Shown here piece after piece: positions 9,263-19,410 of a DNA stretch of 64,000 nucleotides. Source of the DNA: Muribaculaceae bacterium (GTDB taxonomy: Bacteria > Bacteroidota > Bacteroidia > Bacteroidales > Muribaculaceae); assembly GCA_029057985.1 (NCBI GenBank), contig JAIDYR010000073.1:5748-69747 (forward strand), written 5' to 3'. Position numbers and translations under genes: made by a program. The notes beneath the pieces are model-generated. The model had not been told where the DNA came from and searched no databases. It worked only from the letters and a program-made list of their open reading frames with translations. Within the stretch, counting starts at the first letter, position 1, and the number at the start of each line of letters is the position of its first letter.

Positions 9263-10267
9263 ATGGACATTACCCCTAACTTGCTTGCCTCCTTGACAGG
9301 AGGCAAAGTAGAAGGCGATGGCGACATAAAGATTATAGGGTTCGGCAAAATTGAAGAGGCCGGGCCCGGATATGTCACGTTTATAGCTAACCCAAAATAT
9401 ACTCACTATCTGGCTTCGACTGAAGCTTCAGCAGTAATAGTAAATGAGGATTTCGAATATGAAGGCGAGATTCGTCCTACTTTGATTCGAGTAAAGGATG
9501 CTTACTCCGCATTGGCAGAATTGCTTACTGCCTTTGAAGCATCCAAACCTCAGCCGTCAGGAATCGAATCACCGGTATTCATAGCTCCGGGAGTCGAAAT
9601 TCCCGATGGCGCTTATATAGGGGCGTTCTCATACATCGGTGAAGGAGTGAAACTTGGCAAAGGAGTCAAGATCTATCCTCAGGTCTATCTCGGTAAAGGA
9701 TGTGAGATAGGGGATGGCTCGACCCTGCGTGCCGGAGTCAAGGTTTACGAAGGGTGCCGTATAGGATCCCGATGCATTCTTCATTCCGGAGTTGTCGTAG
9801 GAGCAGATGGATTCGGCTTCGCACCCAAAGGAGAAATTTACGAAAAGATTCCTCAGATAGGCAATGTCATTATAGAGGATGACGTGGAAATAGGTGCAAA
9901 TACATGCATCGATCGGGCAACGTTCGGACACACTGTTATAGGTAGGGGTACTAAACTCGACAATCTCGTTCAGATAGCGCATAACGTAGAGATAGGTGAA
10001 AACAATGTCTTTGCAGCCCAGACCGGAATTGCAGGATCCACCAAGATCGGACATTCCAACAGAGTCGGTGGTCAATGCGGTTTCGCAGGACATATACATG
10101 TCGGCGATGAAAATGAATTCGGCGCCCAGTCAGGAATCCCTAATAATGTAGGAAATAGAAATCGCCTGATCGGATACCCGGCCATCGACGCACGCCAATT
10201 TGCGAAAAACCAAGTATATCTGCGTCGTCTTCAAGATTTTTTCAATAAGCAAAATAACAAAAAGTGA
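9263..10267 (+). CDS. lpxD: UDP-3-O-acylglucosamine N-acyltransferase
   Basis: 334 aa with left-handed beta-helix hexapeptide repeats and a typical LpxD N-terminal domain. It is followed by lpxC/fabZ and lpxA. Confidence 0.9.
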   Translation: MDITPNLLASLTGGKVEGDGDIKIIGFGKIEEAGPGYVTFIANPKYTHYLASTEASAVIVNEDFEYEGEIRPTLIRVKDAYSALAELLTAFEASKPQPSGIESPVFIAPGVEIPDGAYIGAFSYIGEGVKLGKGVKIYPQVYLGKGCEIGDGSTLRAGVKVYEGCRIGSRCILHSGVVVGADGFGFAPKGEIYEKIPQIGNVIIEDDVEIGANTCIDRATFGHTVIGRGTKLDNLVQIAHNVEIGENNVFAAQTGIAGSTKIGHSNRVGGQCGFAGHIHVGDENEFGAQSGIPNNVGNRNRLIGYPAIDARQFAKNQVYLRRLQDFFNKQNNKK

Positions 10268-10333
10268 TGTCGGGTAAAACTCTCGTACCGACCTGTAATT
10301 AAAGAGAATAATAACAACAACCATCTACATAAT

Positions 10334-11716
10334 ATGAATCAACTGACACTTAAGGAAGCCTTTAGTGTGGAGGGTAAGACCCTTCACTCCGGTGAGGTAA
10401 GAAAAGCCACTTTCTGTCCGGCTCCGGCAGGCACAGGCATACGTTTCAAACGCATAGACCTCGAAGGTGCTCCTGAAATTCCGGCTTTGGCAGAAAAGGT
10501 TGTCGACACCACCCGAGGCACGGTTATCGCTCAGGGTGACGCCCGAGTATCTACAATCGAGCATGCGATGGCTGCGCTTTACGCCGCCGGTATAGATAAC
10601 TGCATCGTTGAAGTAAACGGCGCTGAGATGCCTATCCTTGACGGTTCAGCTATTGCATATACTGAAAATATTGAGAGAGTAGGCGTCGAAGAACTCAATG
10701 AAGAGAAAGACTACTATATCATAAAGAGCAAGACCAAATTTAAGGATGAGGAAACCGGAAGCTCCATAACGATATACCCCGACGACGGCTTCTCGGTAGA
10801 AGTGATGGTAGAATATAACTCTCCCGTGCTACCCAACCAGTTTGCAATCCTCGATAATCTTGAAGATTTCCATAAAAAAGTAGCAAGCGCTCGTACATTC
10901 GTCTTTGTCCGCGAGATAGAGGCCCTTCTTCAGAATGGACTTATCAAGGGAGGCGACCTGGATAATGCTATCGTAATCTATGATCAGCCCGTGGAGCAGG
11001 AGCGTATCGATGCTATCTGCGATCTGGTCAACGTAGAGCATGTGCAGTTGAAGAATCTGGGCTATATCAATCCTTCGCCACTTAAATGGGATAACGAGCC
11101 GGCCCGACATAAACTGATGGATCTTATCGGGGATCTTGCATTGATAGGTCGCCCGTTGAAGGGGCGTGTAGTAGCTATCCGCCCGGGTCATACAATCAAT
11201 AATAAATTTGCGCGTATGCTCCGCAAAGAGGTGAAGCATACTGAAATTCAGGCTCCGGTCTATGATCCTAATAAGGCTCCTGTAGTGGATATAAATGGAA
11301 TCCGCTCCATGCTTCCCCATCGCTATCCCTTCCTTCTTATCGACAAGATTATCGAAGTTGACCGCAAGCACTGTGTCGCAGTCAAGAACGTTACTGTCAA
11401 CGAGCCCTTCTTCCAAGGTCACTTCCCTCAGGAGCCTGTGATGCCCGGAGTGCTTCAGATTGAAGCCATGGCACAGGCAGCCGGAGTACTCGTCCTCAAC
11501 TATCTTGAAGATGCTGACAAGTATTCAACCTACTTCATGAAGATCGACAACGTGAAGTTCCGTCAGAAAGTAGTGCCCGGCAATACTCTTCTTCTCAATG
11601 TAAGTCTGATGACTGAGATTCGTCGCGGATGCGCGGTTGTCAAGGGTTATGCTTTCGTAGGAGAAAAGATAGTTTGTGAGGCTGAGTTTATGGCGCAGAT
11701 TATTAAAAACAAGTAA
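10334..11716 (+). CDS. lpxC: Bifunctional UDP-3-O-acyl-GlcNAc deacetylase / 3-hydroxyacyl-ACP dehydratase (LpxC-FabZ fusion)
   Basis: 460 aa. The N-terminal LpxC part carries TTRGT..STIEH and HKLMDLIGDLAL. The C-terminal FabZ hot-dog part carries LPHRYPFLLIDKI and NEPFFQGHFP..PVMPGVL. This fusion is characteristic of Bacteroidota. Confidence 0.95.
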   Translation: MNQLTLKEAFSVEGKTLHSGEVRKATFCPAPAGTGIRFKRIDLEGAPEIPALAEKVVDTTRGTVIAQGDARVSTIEHAMAALYAAGIDNCIVEVNGAEMPILDGSAIAYTENIERVGVEELNEEKDYYIIKSKTKFKDEETGSSITIYPDDGFSVEVMVEYNSPVLPNQFAILDNLEDFHKKVASARTFVFVREIEALLQNGLIKGGDLDNAIVIYDQPVEQERIDAICDLVNVEHVQLKNLGYINPSPLKWDNEPARHKLMDLIGDLALIGRPLKGRVVAIRPGHTINNKFARMLRKEVKHTEIQAPVYDPNKAPVVDINGIRSMLPHRYPFLLIDKIIEVDRKHCVAVKNVTVNEPFFQGHFPQEPVMPGVLQIEAMAQAAGVLVLNYLEDADKYSTYFMKIDNVKFRQKVVPGNTLLLNVSLMTEIRRGCAVVKGYAFVGEKIVCEAEFMAQIIKNK

Positions 11717-11732
11717 AATCTCGTCTGCCGGT

Positions 11733-12506
11733 ATGAGTATGATGAATCATATACATCCTGACGCTCGACTCGGACAGAATGTCCGGGTAGGTCAGTTTAC
11801 GTGTATCTATGATAACGTAGAGATCGGGGATAACGTAGAGATAGGTAATAACGTGACGATTTTTCCCGGAGCACGGATCGGGTCCGGCGTAAAGATCTTT
11901 CCCGGAGCTGTAATTGCGGGAATCCCTCAGGATCTTAAATTCCGTGGAGAGGAGACGTTTGCCTATATCGGAGATGGAACTACTATCCGCGAGTGTGCCA
12001 CAGTCAACCGCGGGACTGCCTCGCGCGGCTATACCAGAGTTGGCGATAATTGCCTGATAATGGCCTACACTCATGTCGCCCACGATTGTGTGCTCGGCAA
12101 TAAGGTAATAATCTCCAATGCCGCTCAGTTGGCTGGAGAAGTTATAGTCGATGATGGCGCCGTTATCGGCGGAGGGAGCCTTATCCATCAATTCTGCCAT
12201 CTTGGAAAGAATATCATGCTTCAGGGCGGGGCTCTCGTGAATAAGGATATCCCACCCTTCGTGAAGGCTGCGCGCGAGCCGATTTCATATGTCGGACTGA
12301 ATACTGTCGGGATGCATCGCCATGGCTTCAGCCCCGAAAAGATTCAGATTATCACGGATGTCTATCGCATACTGTATCTCAGCGATCTGAATGTGACAAA
12401 TGCGGTAAAGCGCATCAGAGAAGAGATTCCCCAATCAGTGACTCGAGATGAAATTCTCGATTTTGTAGAGAATTCTCAGCGGGGTATTATTCGCTCGGCA
12501 TTCTGA
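11733..12506 (+). CDS. lpxA: Acyl-ACP--UDP-GlcNAc O-acyltransferase
   Basis: The ORF-track start at 11676 is a GTG inside lpxC/fabZ. The first ATG is at 11733 (MSMMNHIHPDARLG..), 14 nt after the lpxC stop. The product has hexapeptide repeats and the LpxA C-terminal helical domain. Confidence 0.9.
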   Translation: MSMMNHIHPDARLGQNVRVGQFTCIYDNVEIGDNVEIGNNVTIFPGARIGSGVKIFPGAVIAGIPQDLKFRGEETFAYIGDGTTIRECATVNRGTASRGYTRVGDNCLIMAYTHVAHDCVLGNKVIISNAAQLAGEVIVDDGAVIGGGSLIHQFCHLGKNIMLQGGALVNKDIPPFVKAAREPISYVGLNTVGMHRHGFSPEKIQIITDVYRILYLSDLNVTNAVKRIREEIPQSVTRDEILDFVENSQRGIIRSAF

Positions 12507-12538
12507 CATCAAAATTATAAATTAGCGAAATAAAAATT

Positions 12539-12568
12539 GCCGCGACTCATCTAATGATGGGCCGCGGC
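12539..12568. terminator. Hairpin between convergent lpxA and the crp-family gene
   Basis: GCCGCG (12539-12544) pairs with CGCGGC (12563-12568), and the inner pairing is CTCATC/GATGGG. The flanks are A/T-rich but there is no clean T-run. Confidence 0.45.
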
Positions 12569-12619
12569 TATATTATATAGGAATAATCAGAGTCTTTCCC
12601 CGGTTATACCGATCTTGAA

Positions 12620-13321
12620 TTATCCGAATTTTGATATTTTACGGAGTTGGACTTCATTGATGATCTTAATTCGCCGTCCGTCGACCAGAATGAGTTTTTC
12701 GGCTACAAATGCCGTAAGAGTACGGATAGCGTTAGAAGTGGTCATATTTGAGAGATTAGCGAGGTCTTCGCGGCTCATATAGATTTTCAATGTGGAGCCA
12801 TCATCCTCAAGACCGTAATTTTCAGCAAGAAGCAATAGAGAATCAGCGAGGCGACCACGGATGTGTTTTTGAGTAAGCGAAACTATTTTCGTATCCGAGC
12901 CCCCAAGATTTCTCGATAATTCATGGATGAAAAACATCGCCAGATCATTATTCTTGCGTATAAGATCTTCTACGATATCCATAGGGATCGCACCAAGAGT
13001 GGAAGCTTCAAAGGCCGCTGCCGAAGAGACGTAGGGCTCGCGGGCAAAATAAGCGCGATAACCGAAATATTGCACCGGCCGATAAAGACGAAGTATCTGA
13101 ACCCTGTCGCCAATTCCGCTCTTATACATCTTCACTTTACCCTTAAGGAGACACCACAACATTTCGGGGTGGTCCTTTTCGGCATAAATGATCTGGTTTT
13201 TCTTGAAGTTATGTATTGCGAAATTATCAGTGACGATACGCTTCTCCTCAGGGCGAAGCGCATTCCACATTTCGGCCATGTCCTGACTGATAATTTTCTC
13301 AAACGTACTTTTCTTAATCAT
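12620..13321 (-). CDS. Crp/Fnr family transcriptional regulator
   Basis: 233 aa with an N-terminal cNMP-binding-like beta-roll and a C-terminal HTH (SREDLANLSNMTTSNAIRTL). Confidence 0.85.
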   Translation of the reverse strand: MIKKSTFEKIISQDMAEMWNALRPEEKRIVTDNFAIHNFKKNQIIYAEKDHPEMLWCLLKGKVKMYKSGIGDRVQILRLYRPVQYFGYRAYFAREPYVSSAAAFEASTLGAIPMDIVEDLIRKNNDLAMFFIHELSRNLGGSDTKIVSLTQKHIRGRLADSLLLLAENYGLEDDGSTLKIYMSREDLANLSNMTTSNAIRTLTAFVAEKLILVDGRRIKIINEVQLRKISKFG

Positions 13322-13477
13322 TCAAAATCCTGTTTAGTCAGAGATGACCCGATGAATCGGGGAGTTCTGAGTAATAGAATCTGTCAATATGCTGTCAGAT
13401 AGTAAGTTAAAGCTATATGAAGTAGCCTCGGACATAAGTCGCAAGCAACCTTGAAGGAGGTCTTATGTTGTAGAACA

Positions 13478-13509
13478 CAAATTTACAACATTTTTTTCAA
13501 ATAGCCAAA
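13478..13509 (-). promoter_or_regulatory. Putative Bacteroides-type promoter of the crp-family gene
   Basis: On the minus strand: TTTG (complement of 13506-13509), 20 nt, then TAAATTTG (complement of 13478-13485). This fits the TTTG / TAnnTTTG consensus and leaves a leader of about 150 nt. Confidence 0.4.
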
Positions 13510-13591
13510 CAATATTCAGAAGAATTTATAAATAAGGAAATTCGTGCCAATTACGGTGAGTTCGGCTCTCCTTTATGAATAATTAAGAGAT

Positions 13592-14656
13592 TCAGATCTT
13601 TCTTTTTAGTTTGCCGCCGGGAGTACGCGGAATTGACTCCGATATTATAATTTTCCGAGGAAACTCCTGTGGAAGTAAAAAATCAGGTTTATATTTGGAC
13701 AGAAATAGTAGAATTTCATCCGCTGTAGCGGAGAATAACTCTTCCTGTTTAGGAATTTCCAGCAGAAGGACGGGGACTTGGCCCCATTTTTCATCAGGTT
13801 GAGACGCGATCATCAGTTCTGAGATCCCGTCAGCCCATGTTGAAGATGCGAGAATGGATTTGATTTTGGCCTCAGTCTGCTCCGGTATGACTTTTAACCC
13901 TCCTGAGATTATTACGTTGTCGAGTCTGCCGAGGATTTGAAAGTTGCCGTTCGAATCTATTTCAACAAGGTCATTTGTCATAATCTCCCCGTCTCCTGCA
14001 TTTCTGATTATAAGAGTATCTTTTTCTGACGATTCCACCTCTATTCCGGGCAAGGGACTGAATGGAATCATTTCTTTAGAAACTTTGCGTAGTGCTATAT
14101 GGGAGCATGTCTCGGTCATTCCGTAGGATTCCCATGCCTGAAGTCCATTATCGGCAATGGCATCTCTAAGCACCTGAGGAATTGCGGACCCCCCGATCAA
14201 AAAATGAATCCGCTTCTTCTCTGCTTCCGAAAGACGAAGATTCAATATATGCCACATCTGCGAGGGTACGACCGACATGAGTACCTTTCTCTGACTTTCG
14301 CGGATAAGTCTAAGTTGGGGTCGGTTGGATGGAGGTTCACTCACAAATTTGCATCCGATCTCCAGCGACCTTACTGCCATCATTTTCCCGCCTATATATT
14401 TCGCTGAAATGCATGCTCCCAATATCCATGACCGGTCAATGCCGAAATATCGGATGGTGCGCCATGCGCTCTGTCGCACCAGATGCTTTGGAAGAAGAAT
14501 ACTCTTCGGAGTTCCTGTCGATCCTGAGGTCTGCGCTTCAATACTATCGACGGAGGAATCCAACCAATCAGATATTATATCGCTATATTCATCGGTAAAA
14601 TCCCTTTCTTCCTCTGAAATTCTTTTTTCCCATGAACCTCTTTCTTCTCCAGTCAT
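13592..14656 (-). CDS. menE: O-succinylbenzoate--CoA ligase (short Bacteroidales-type AMP-binding enzyme)
   Basis: The ORF-track start at 14665 is a TTG. The ATG at 14656 forms an ATGA overlap with the menC stop. The product has the adenylate-forming motifs SGSTGTPK, YGMTE and GGKLKR, and it is the last gene of the men cluster. Confidence 0.8.
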   Translation of the reverse strand: MTGEERGSWEKRISEEERDFTDEYSDIISDWLDSSVDSIEAQTSGSTGTPKSILLPKHLVRQSAWRTIRYFGIDRSWILGACISAKYIGGKMMAVRSLEIGCKFVSEPPSNRPQLRLIRESQRKVLMSVVPSQMWHILNLRLSEAEKKRIHFLIGGSAIPQVLRDAIADNGLQAWESYGMTETCSHIALRKVSKEMIPFSPLPGIEVESSEKDTLIIRNAGDGEIMTNDLVEIDSNGNFQILGRLDNVIISGGLKVIPEQTEAKIKSILASSTWADGISELMIASQPDEKWGQVPVLLLEIPKQEELFSATADEILLFLSKYKPDFLLPQEFPRKIIISESIPRTPGGKLKRKI

Positions 14657-15711
14657 ACTTTCCAATCAAGATTTTCAAATTGCCTGCGATCTTCAGGTTT
14701 AGATGGGTCGTAGCGAAGAATTTCTCCGTCAAGATATATTGGCGAAGAGAAATTATTGGTAAAAAGTCCGCCTGTGCCGAGTCCTTGGGGAATAGAAACG
14801 CCGAGTGTCGCCGTAAATTGAGCAATGGCGTTAAGGCCGACATTAGATTCAAGCGCTGAAGTCACCCACCATCCTATTCCTCTTTCTTCAGCAAGGCGGA
14901 TCCATTCCTCCGCACCTGAGAAACCTCCGCAAAGGGCAGGTTTCAAAATGATGTATGAGGGATTTTCAAAATCGAGTAGTTCAGATTTTTCCTTTTCTCC
15001 GTAAATTCCTATCAGTTCTTCATCGAGGGCGATAGGGAGAGGAGAAACACTGCAGAGAAATTTCATGAGTTCAGGATTGCCGGGCGGGATGGGCTGCTCG
15101 ATCGAGTGAACGTCCAATTCAGCGAGCTGATGAAGACGAGGCATTGCCGAATCCATTGAAAATCCACCATTTGCGTCAACCCTCACGGTCAATTGGGACG
15201 CTGAGTATCGCTCCCTTATTGAGCGAATCAGCGCTAACTCAGATTTCCAGTCGATTGCGCCAACTTTGATCTTAATACACTTGAACCCCATATCTATTTT
15301 CTCCTCCAACCGCTCCATCATCTCATCATGCGATCCCATCCAGACCAATCCATTTATGATGATCTCACTCTTACCCTGCGTGAAATCCGAAGGGAAATAG
15401 AGGCCCTTGCCTCCCGATGCATAATCGCGAAGAGCCTGTTCGAACCCGAACTGTATGGAAGAATGGCGTGACAGATCAGTAGGCTTGCCTATTGCAACAT
15501 TTGCAAGGAGTTCGATTAATTTATATTCATAACGATAGTCTGCCTCGGGCGATAGTCCGGGGAAGACAGCAGCTTCACCAAGACCGAAAATTTCCGGGTT
15601 ACGCTCATCCCAGAGTTTGAGCAGATAAGTCGGCTTCTCAGTCAGGATGCCACGCGACGTCCCGGCCGGTTGCCGGAACTTGAGCATATACGGACAGATT
15701 GCGAGACGCAT
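14653..15711 (-). CDS. menC: o-Succinylbenzoate synthase (enolase superfamily)
   Basis: 352 aa. It has the enolase-superfamily pattern (KIKVG.., VRVDANGGF, IEQP, LDEEL) and lies between menB and menE. Confidence 0.85.
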   Translation of the reverse strand: MRLAICPYMLKFRQPAGTSRGILTEKPTYLLKLWDERNPEIFGLGEAAVFPGLSPEADYRYEYKLIELLANVAIGKPTDLSRHSSIQFGFEQALRDYASGGKGLYFPSDFTQGKSEIIINGLVWMGSHDEMMERLEEKIDMGFKCIKIKVGAIDWKSELALIRSIRERYSASQLTVRVDANGGFSMDSAMPRLHQLAELDVHSIEQPIPPGNPELMKFLCSVSPLPIALDEELIGIYGEKEKSELLDFENPSYIILKPALCGGFSGAEEWIRLAEERGIGWWVTSALESNVGLNAIAQFTATLGVSIPQGLGTGGLFTNNFSSPIYLDGEILRYDPSKPEDRRQFENLDWKV

Positions 15712-15716
15712 TGGAA

Positions 15717-16526
15717 TCAGGGGAACATTGGGAATTGATCAAAATCGGGATCTCGCTTCTCGAGAAAAGCATTCTTACCTTCCTGGGCTTCATCCATAAG
15801 GTAATACATCAAAGTTGCATCGCCGGCAAATTCCATAAGTCCGTGTTGGCCGTCGAGTTCCGCATTCAGCGCCCGTTTTATCATTCTGATGGCGAGCGGT
15901 GAACGCTTCATGATGTCGCGACACCATTCCATAGTCTCCTCTTCAAGACGCTCGAAAGGCACGACTGCATTTACCATCCCCATCTCCAACGCCTCCTTAG
16001 CCGTATATTGCCGACATAAGAACCAAATCTCGCGGGCTTTCTTCTGGCCTACACAACGCGCAAGATATGAGCTGCCGAATCCGGCATCAAAACTTCCGAC
16101 TTTTGGCCCTGTCTGTCCGAAACGCGCATTTTCTGAAGCGATTGAGAGATCGCATATGACATTCAGCACATTGCCGCCTCCTATTGAATATCCGTTGACC
16201 ATTGCGATTACCGGTTTCGGAAGTGATCTGATCGCTTTGTGAAGATCCAGGACATTAAGTCGGGGCGTCCCGTCGGCGTCAATGTAACCACCATGCCCCT
16301 TGTAATGCTGATCCCCTCCGGAGCAGAATGCCTTATCTCCCGCGCCTGTAAGTATCACCACGCGGATTGAATTGTCTTCCCGACAGATACGCATGGCATC
16401 AAGCATTTCTGTATTGGTCAGCGGCCGAAAGGCGTTATAGACTTTAGGACGGTTGATAGTGATTTTGGCAACTCCTTCTTTTTTCTCAAAGAGGATATCA
16501 GTATATTCTTTAATTGTCTGCCACAT
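15717..16526 (-). CDS. menB: 1,4-Dihydroxy-2-naphthoyl-CoA synthase (crotonase fold)
   Basis: 269 aa with [24 protein letters not shown], and [17 protein letters not shown], which is typical of MenB. Confidence 0.9.
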   Translation of the reverse strand: MWQTIKEYTDILFEKKEGVAKITINRPKVYNAFRPLTNTEMLDAMRICREDNSIRVVILTGAGDKAFCSGGDQHYKGHGGYIDADGTPRLNVLDLHKAIRSLPKPVIAMVNGYSIGGGNVLNVICDLSIASENARFGQTGPKVGSFDAGFGSSYLARCVGQKKAREIWFLCRQYTAKEALEMGMVNAVVPFERLEEETMEWCRDIMKRSPLAIRMIKRALNAELDGQHGLMEFAGDATLMYYLMDEAQEGKNAFLEKRDPDFDQFPMFP

Positions 16527-16546
16527 GATTGAATTGTTTATTGGGA

Positions 16547-18382
16547 TTATTTATTGGAGAGACGCAGAAACTGACGAAGATATAAGGCGCTCTTGTCGCC
16601 CGGCACGTACACTTCGAGAATCTTACGTGTAGAAAGGCTGTCTTCTTCAAAGAAAGATTCCAATCGAGCCCGAAGAGTCTCAAGGGAATCAGCACTTGAA
16701 TATTCGAACCCGAATGCTTCAGCCAATGCCTTGATGTGCAAGCCCGGGTCGGCGCAGAAATATTCTTCCCGGCCGGGGAGATTGGATGTGTTTCTTACGA
16801 ATCGGAATATTCCACCTCCCATATTATTGATGACTATGATTTTCAGGGATGAGTTCATAGCAGATGCAAGTGCAAGCCCGTTGAGATCATGAGCAAGCGA
16901 CATGTCTCCGGTCACAAGCAATGCCGGAGCTTCAGAAGATACGTCTCCTCCGACTGCTACCGAAGTAGATCCTTCAATGCCCGATACGCCTCTATTGCAA
17001 TATGAGGCATGCGGGAGTTCGTAAGGGATCAGTTGAGCGTAGCGTATAGTTGTCCCGTTGGATAGGAAAAGATTATAATTCTTCGGGATATTATTGAAGA
17101 TATCTATATACGCGATCAGTTCTGACCAGGAGATCTGCGTAGCGAACCTGAATATCCGCTGATTGGCGAGTTCCTTGAGTCGGAAGAAATTCTCATTATA
17201 ATTCTCAGCTTTTTTCAGCTGAAGAAATTTTTCGTCGGAAAGACTCTTGAATTTCTCCTCTTCCAGCAAGCGTCTCTGATGGGCCAGCTCGGCTGATAAT
17301 TGGGAGAGGAATAGTCCGGGATTTGCTTCGATGCGCAAGGTTAGAGACTGGAAGCAATCTACCGTAGTGTGAGCCGGACCGACGCTCCAATGCTGCATCC
17401 TGTCGTTTGAGCCACATTCGCGAAGAAAATCCTTAAGCATTCTGGAGACAAGGGCGCCTCCGAAGCTGATGACAATATCCGGAGCGAACTGCTCCTTTTT
17501 ACCTTGAGGAATATCACATAGTACAGAATCTACCGAATAATCCTCTGCCGGGAGATGAGTATTCGATATGGTCTCAGCCATTATGGTGACGTTGGGATGA
17601 GAACGAAACTTCAGCAGTGCCTTGTTGAGTCTCGCATCCGGAAGCATGAATCCGACCGTCACAAGAATTTTCTTACCAATAAGATGCGCTGCAAGATCCT
17701 TAATAGTCTCTTTCTCAGGCATCGCATATTCAGGGAGTTGGGAGATAAGGCGGATTGGACTGAGATGATTCTGTTTAAACTCTATAAGACTGTCGAGAGG
17801 AGGGGATAGCCGGATATTGATATGGACCGGACCTTTTTTAGGACGCAATGCTGTCAGCATAGCATCGTTGGATACCCGATTGTCGTACCAGTCAGCGTGG
17901 TCATGCTGTTCTCTATCGTTAAGTTCATAGCTGCCCTTGACAAAGTTGCGGAGAGCATCAAACTGTCGTAAGGTCTGGGAATCATCCTGATCTATCCATT
18001 CCAAGGGACGATCGGCGCTTATGACTATCAAGGGAATACCTTGATAATAGGCTTCGGCTACGGCCGGAGCATAGTTAAGCAACGCTGTGCCGGAGGTGCA
18101 GACGAGTGCTACGGGTTTCTGTTTGACAGAGGCAATGCCCAGAGCCATGAATCCTGCCGAACGCTCGTCGATAACTATATGCTTCCGGATATCCGCGCGC
18201 GCTCTGGCAGCCATCAGTAGCGGAGCGTTGCGCGACCCGGGAGAGCATACGATATCTTCGACTCCATGAGCTTCTATGACATCAAATAATGTTGCCACTA
18301 CCTTCTTGGAAGTGTCTTGAAAATATCTCTTCTTTACAGCAGGATTATCAAGATTATTATTCTGAGACTTGGAATTTTGCAT
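16547..18382 (-). CDS. menD: 2-Succinyl-5-enolpyruvyl-6-hydroxy-3-cyclohexene-1-carboxylate synthase (ThDP enzyme)
   Basis: 611 aa. It has ThDP-enzyme N-terminal ([10 protein letters not shown]) and C-terminal ([20 protein letters not shown]) motifs and is the first gene of the men cluster. Confidence 0.9.
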   Translation of the reverse strand: MQNSKSQNNNLDNPAVKKRYFQDTSKKVVATLFDVIEAHGVEDIVCSPGSRNAPLLMAARARADIRKHIVIDERSAGFMALGIASVKQKPVALVCTSGTALLNYAPAVAEAYYQGIPLIVISADRPLEWIDQDDSQTLRQFDALRNFVKGSYELNDREQHDHADWYDNRVSNDAMLTALRPKKGPVHINIRLSPPLDSLIEFKQNHLSPIRLISQLPEYAMPEKETIKDLAAHLIGKKILVTVGFMLPDARLNKALLKFRSHPNVTIMAETISNTHLPAEDYSVDSVLCDIPQGKKEQFAPDIVISFGGALVSRMLKDFLRECGSNDRMQHWSVGPAHTTVDCFQSLTLRIEANPGLFLSQLSAELAHQRRLLEEEKFKSLSDEKFLQLKKAENYNENFFRLKELANQRIFRFATQISWSELIAYIDIFNNIPKNYNLFLSNGTTIRYAQLIPYELPHASYCNRGVSGIEGSTSVAVGGDVSSEAPALLVTGDMSLAHDLNGLALASAMNSSLKIIVINNMGGGIFRFVRNTSNLPGREEYFCADPGLHIKALAEAFGFEYSSADSLETLRARLESFFEEDSLSTRKILEVYVPGDKSALYLRQFLRLSNK

Positions 18383-18423
18383 CAGTCGGAAAAGAGGAGG
18401 CAGAGGTTAAAGGTTAATTAAGA

Positions 18424-19377
18424 TTATAGAAAATTTGCGGGATGATATCCAAGAATATAGGCCGAAGCCTGCATTGCTTTTTTGCCTGCGGGCTGAATCT
18501 CAAGAATTTCTATAGGGGTAGTACCTGTACCGGCAAAAAGTCTCTTTCCTACATTTCGGGCTTCTCCGGGATTAAGGATCAAGTCGGAAGGGATATTCTT
18601 AAGAGAAGTTGCCAGAATCTTCACGTCCGAGGGTTTGCCATTGATCTCTTTAAGATGTGACCAGGCTGCCGGATAAGGAGCAAGTCCTCTTACAAAATTA
18701 TGAAGTCTCCGGGCGTCGATATTCCAATCGATCTTACATGTATCCTTGAATATCTTTGGAGCGGGAGTGAAGTCTCCTTCGGGCTGAGGAGTAGTGAGTA
18801 AGGTGCCGTCTGAGATAGCCTTTACCGTCTTGATTACCTCCTCCGCGCCAATAGCCATCAATCTGTCGTGGAGCTGACCAGCATTCTCATCCTCTCCGAT
18901 TTCAATCTCCCTTCGGGATATCATATCGCCTGTATCAATTGTATGGGTCAGGAAAAATGTGGTCACTCCTGTCTTACTTTCTCCATTCATTATAGCATGA
19001 TTGATCGGGGCCGCTCCGCGATATTTCGGAAGTAGAGAGGCATGAAGATTAAAAGTCCCGAGGCGAGGCATTCCCCACACTGCTTCGGGAAGCATCCGGA
19101 ATGCAATGACAATAAATAGATCGGCATTAATCTCCCGAAGGGATGCAAGAAATGACTCATCGCGCAGCTTCTCGGGTTGAAGGACCGGGAGATCATGATC
19201 AAGAGCATAAGCCTTTACGGGACTCATGCGTACTTTCTTGCCGCGTCCCGCGGGTTTGTCAGGCATTGTGACGACTGCCGCCACATCATATCCCCCCTTT
19301 ACAAGCGCGTCAAGGCTTTCAACAGCAAAATCGGGAGTTCCAAAGAATATTATTTTCATTTTATTGTCTGATTTCAT
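18424..19377 (-). CDS. fmt: Methionyl-tRNA formyltransferase
   Basis: 317 aa with IIFFGTPDFAV, HASLLPKYRGAAPI and a C-terminal Fmt domain. A second in-frame ATG at 19359 (MKIIFFG) is an equally plausible start. Confidence 0.9.
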   Translation of the reverse strand: MKSDNKMKIIFFGTPDFAVESLDALVKGGYDVAAVVTMPDKPAGRGKKVRMSPVKAYALDHDLPVLQPEKLRDESFLASLREINADLFIVIAFRMLPEAVWGMPRLGTFNLHASLLPKYRGAAPINHAIMNGESKTGVTTFFLTHTIDTGDMISRREIEIGEDENAGQLHDRLMAIGAEEVIKTVKAISDGTLLTTPQPEGDFTPAPKIFKDTCKIDWNIDARRLHNFVRGLAPYPAAWSHLKEINGKPSDVKILATSLKNIPSDLILNPGEARNVGKRLFAGTGTTPIEILEIQPAGKKAMQASAYILGYHPANFL

Positions 19378-19410
19378 TCCGGTATATCTTGATTTAGGCG
19401 TAATTGATTA

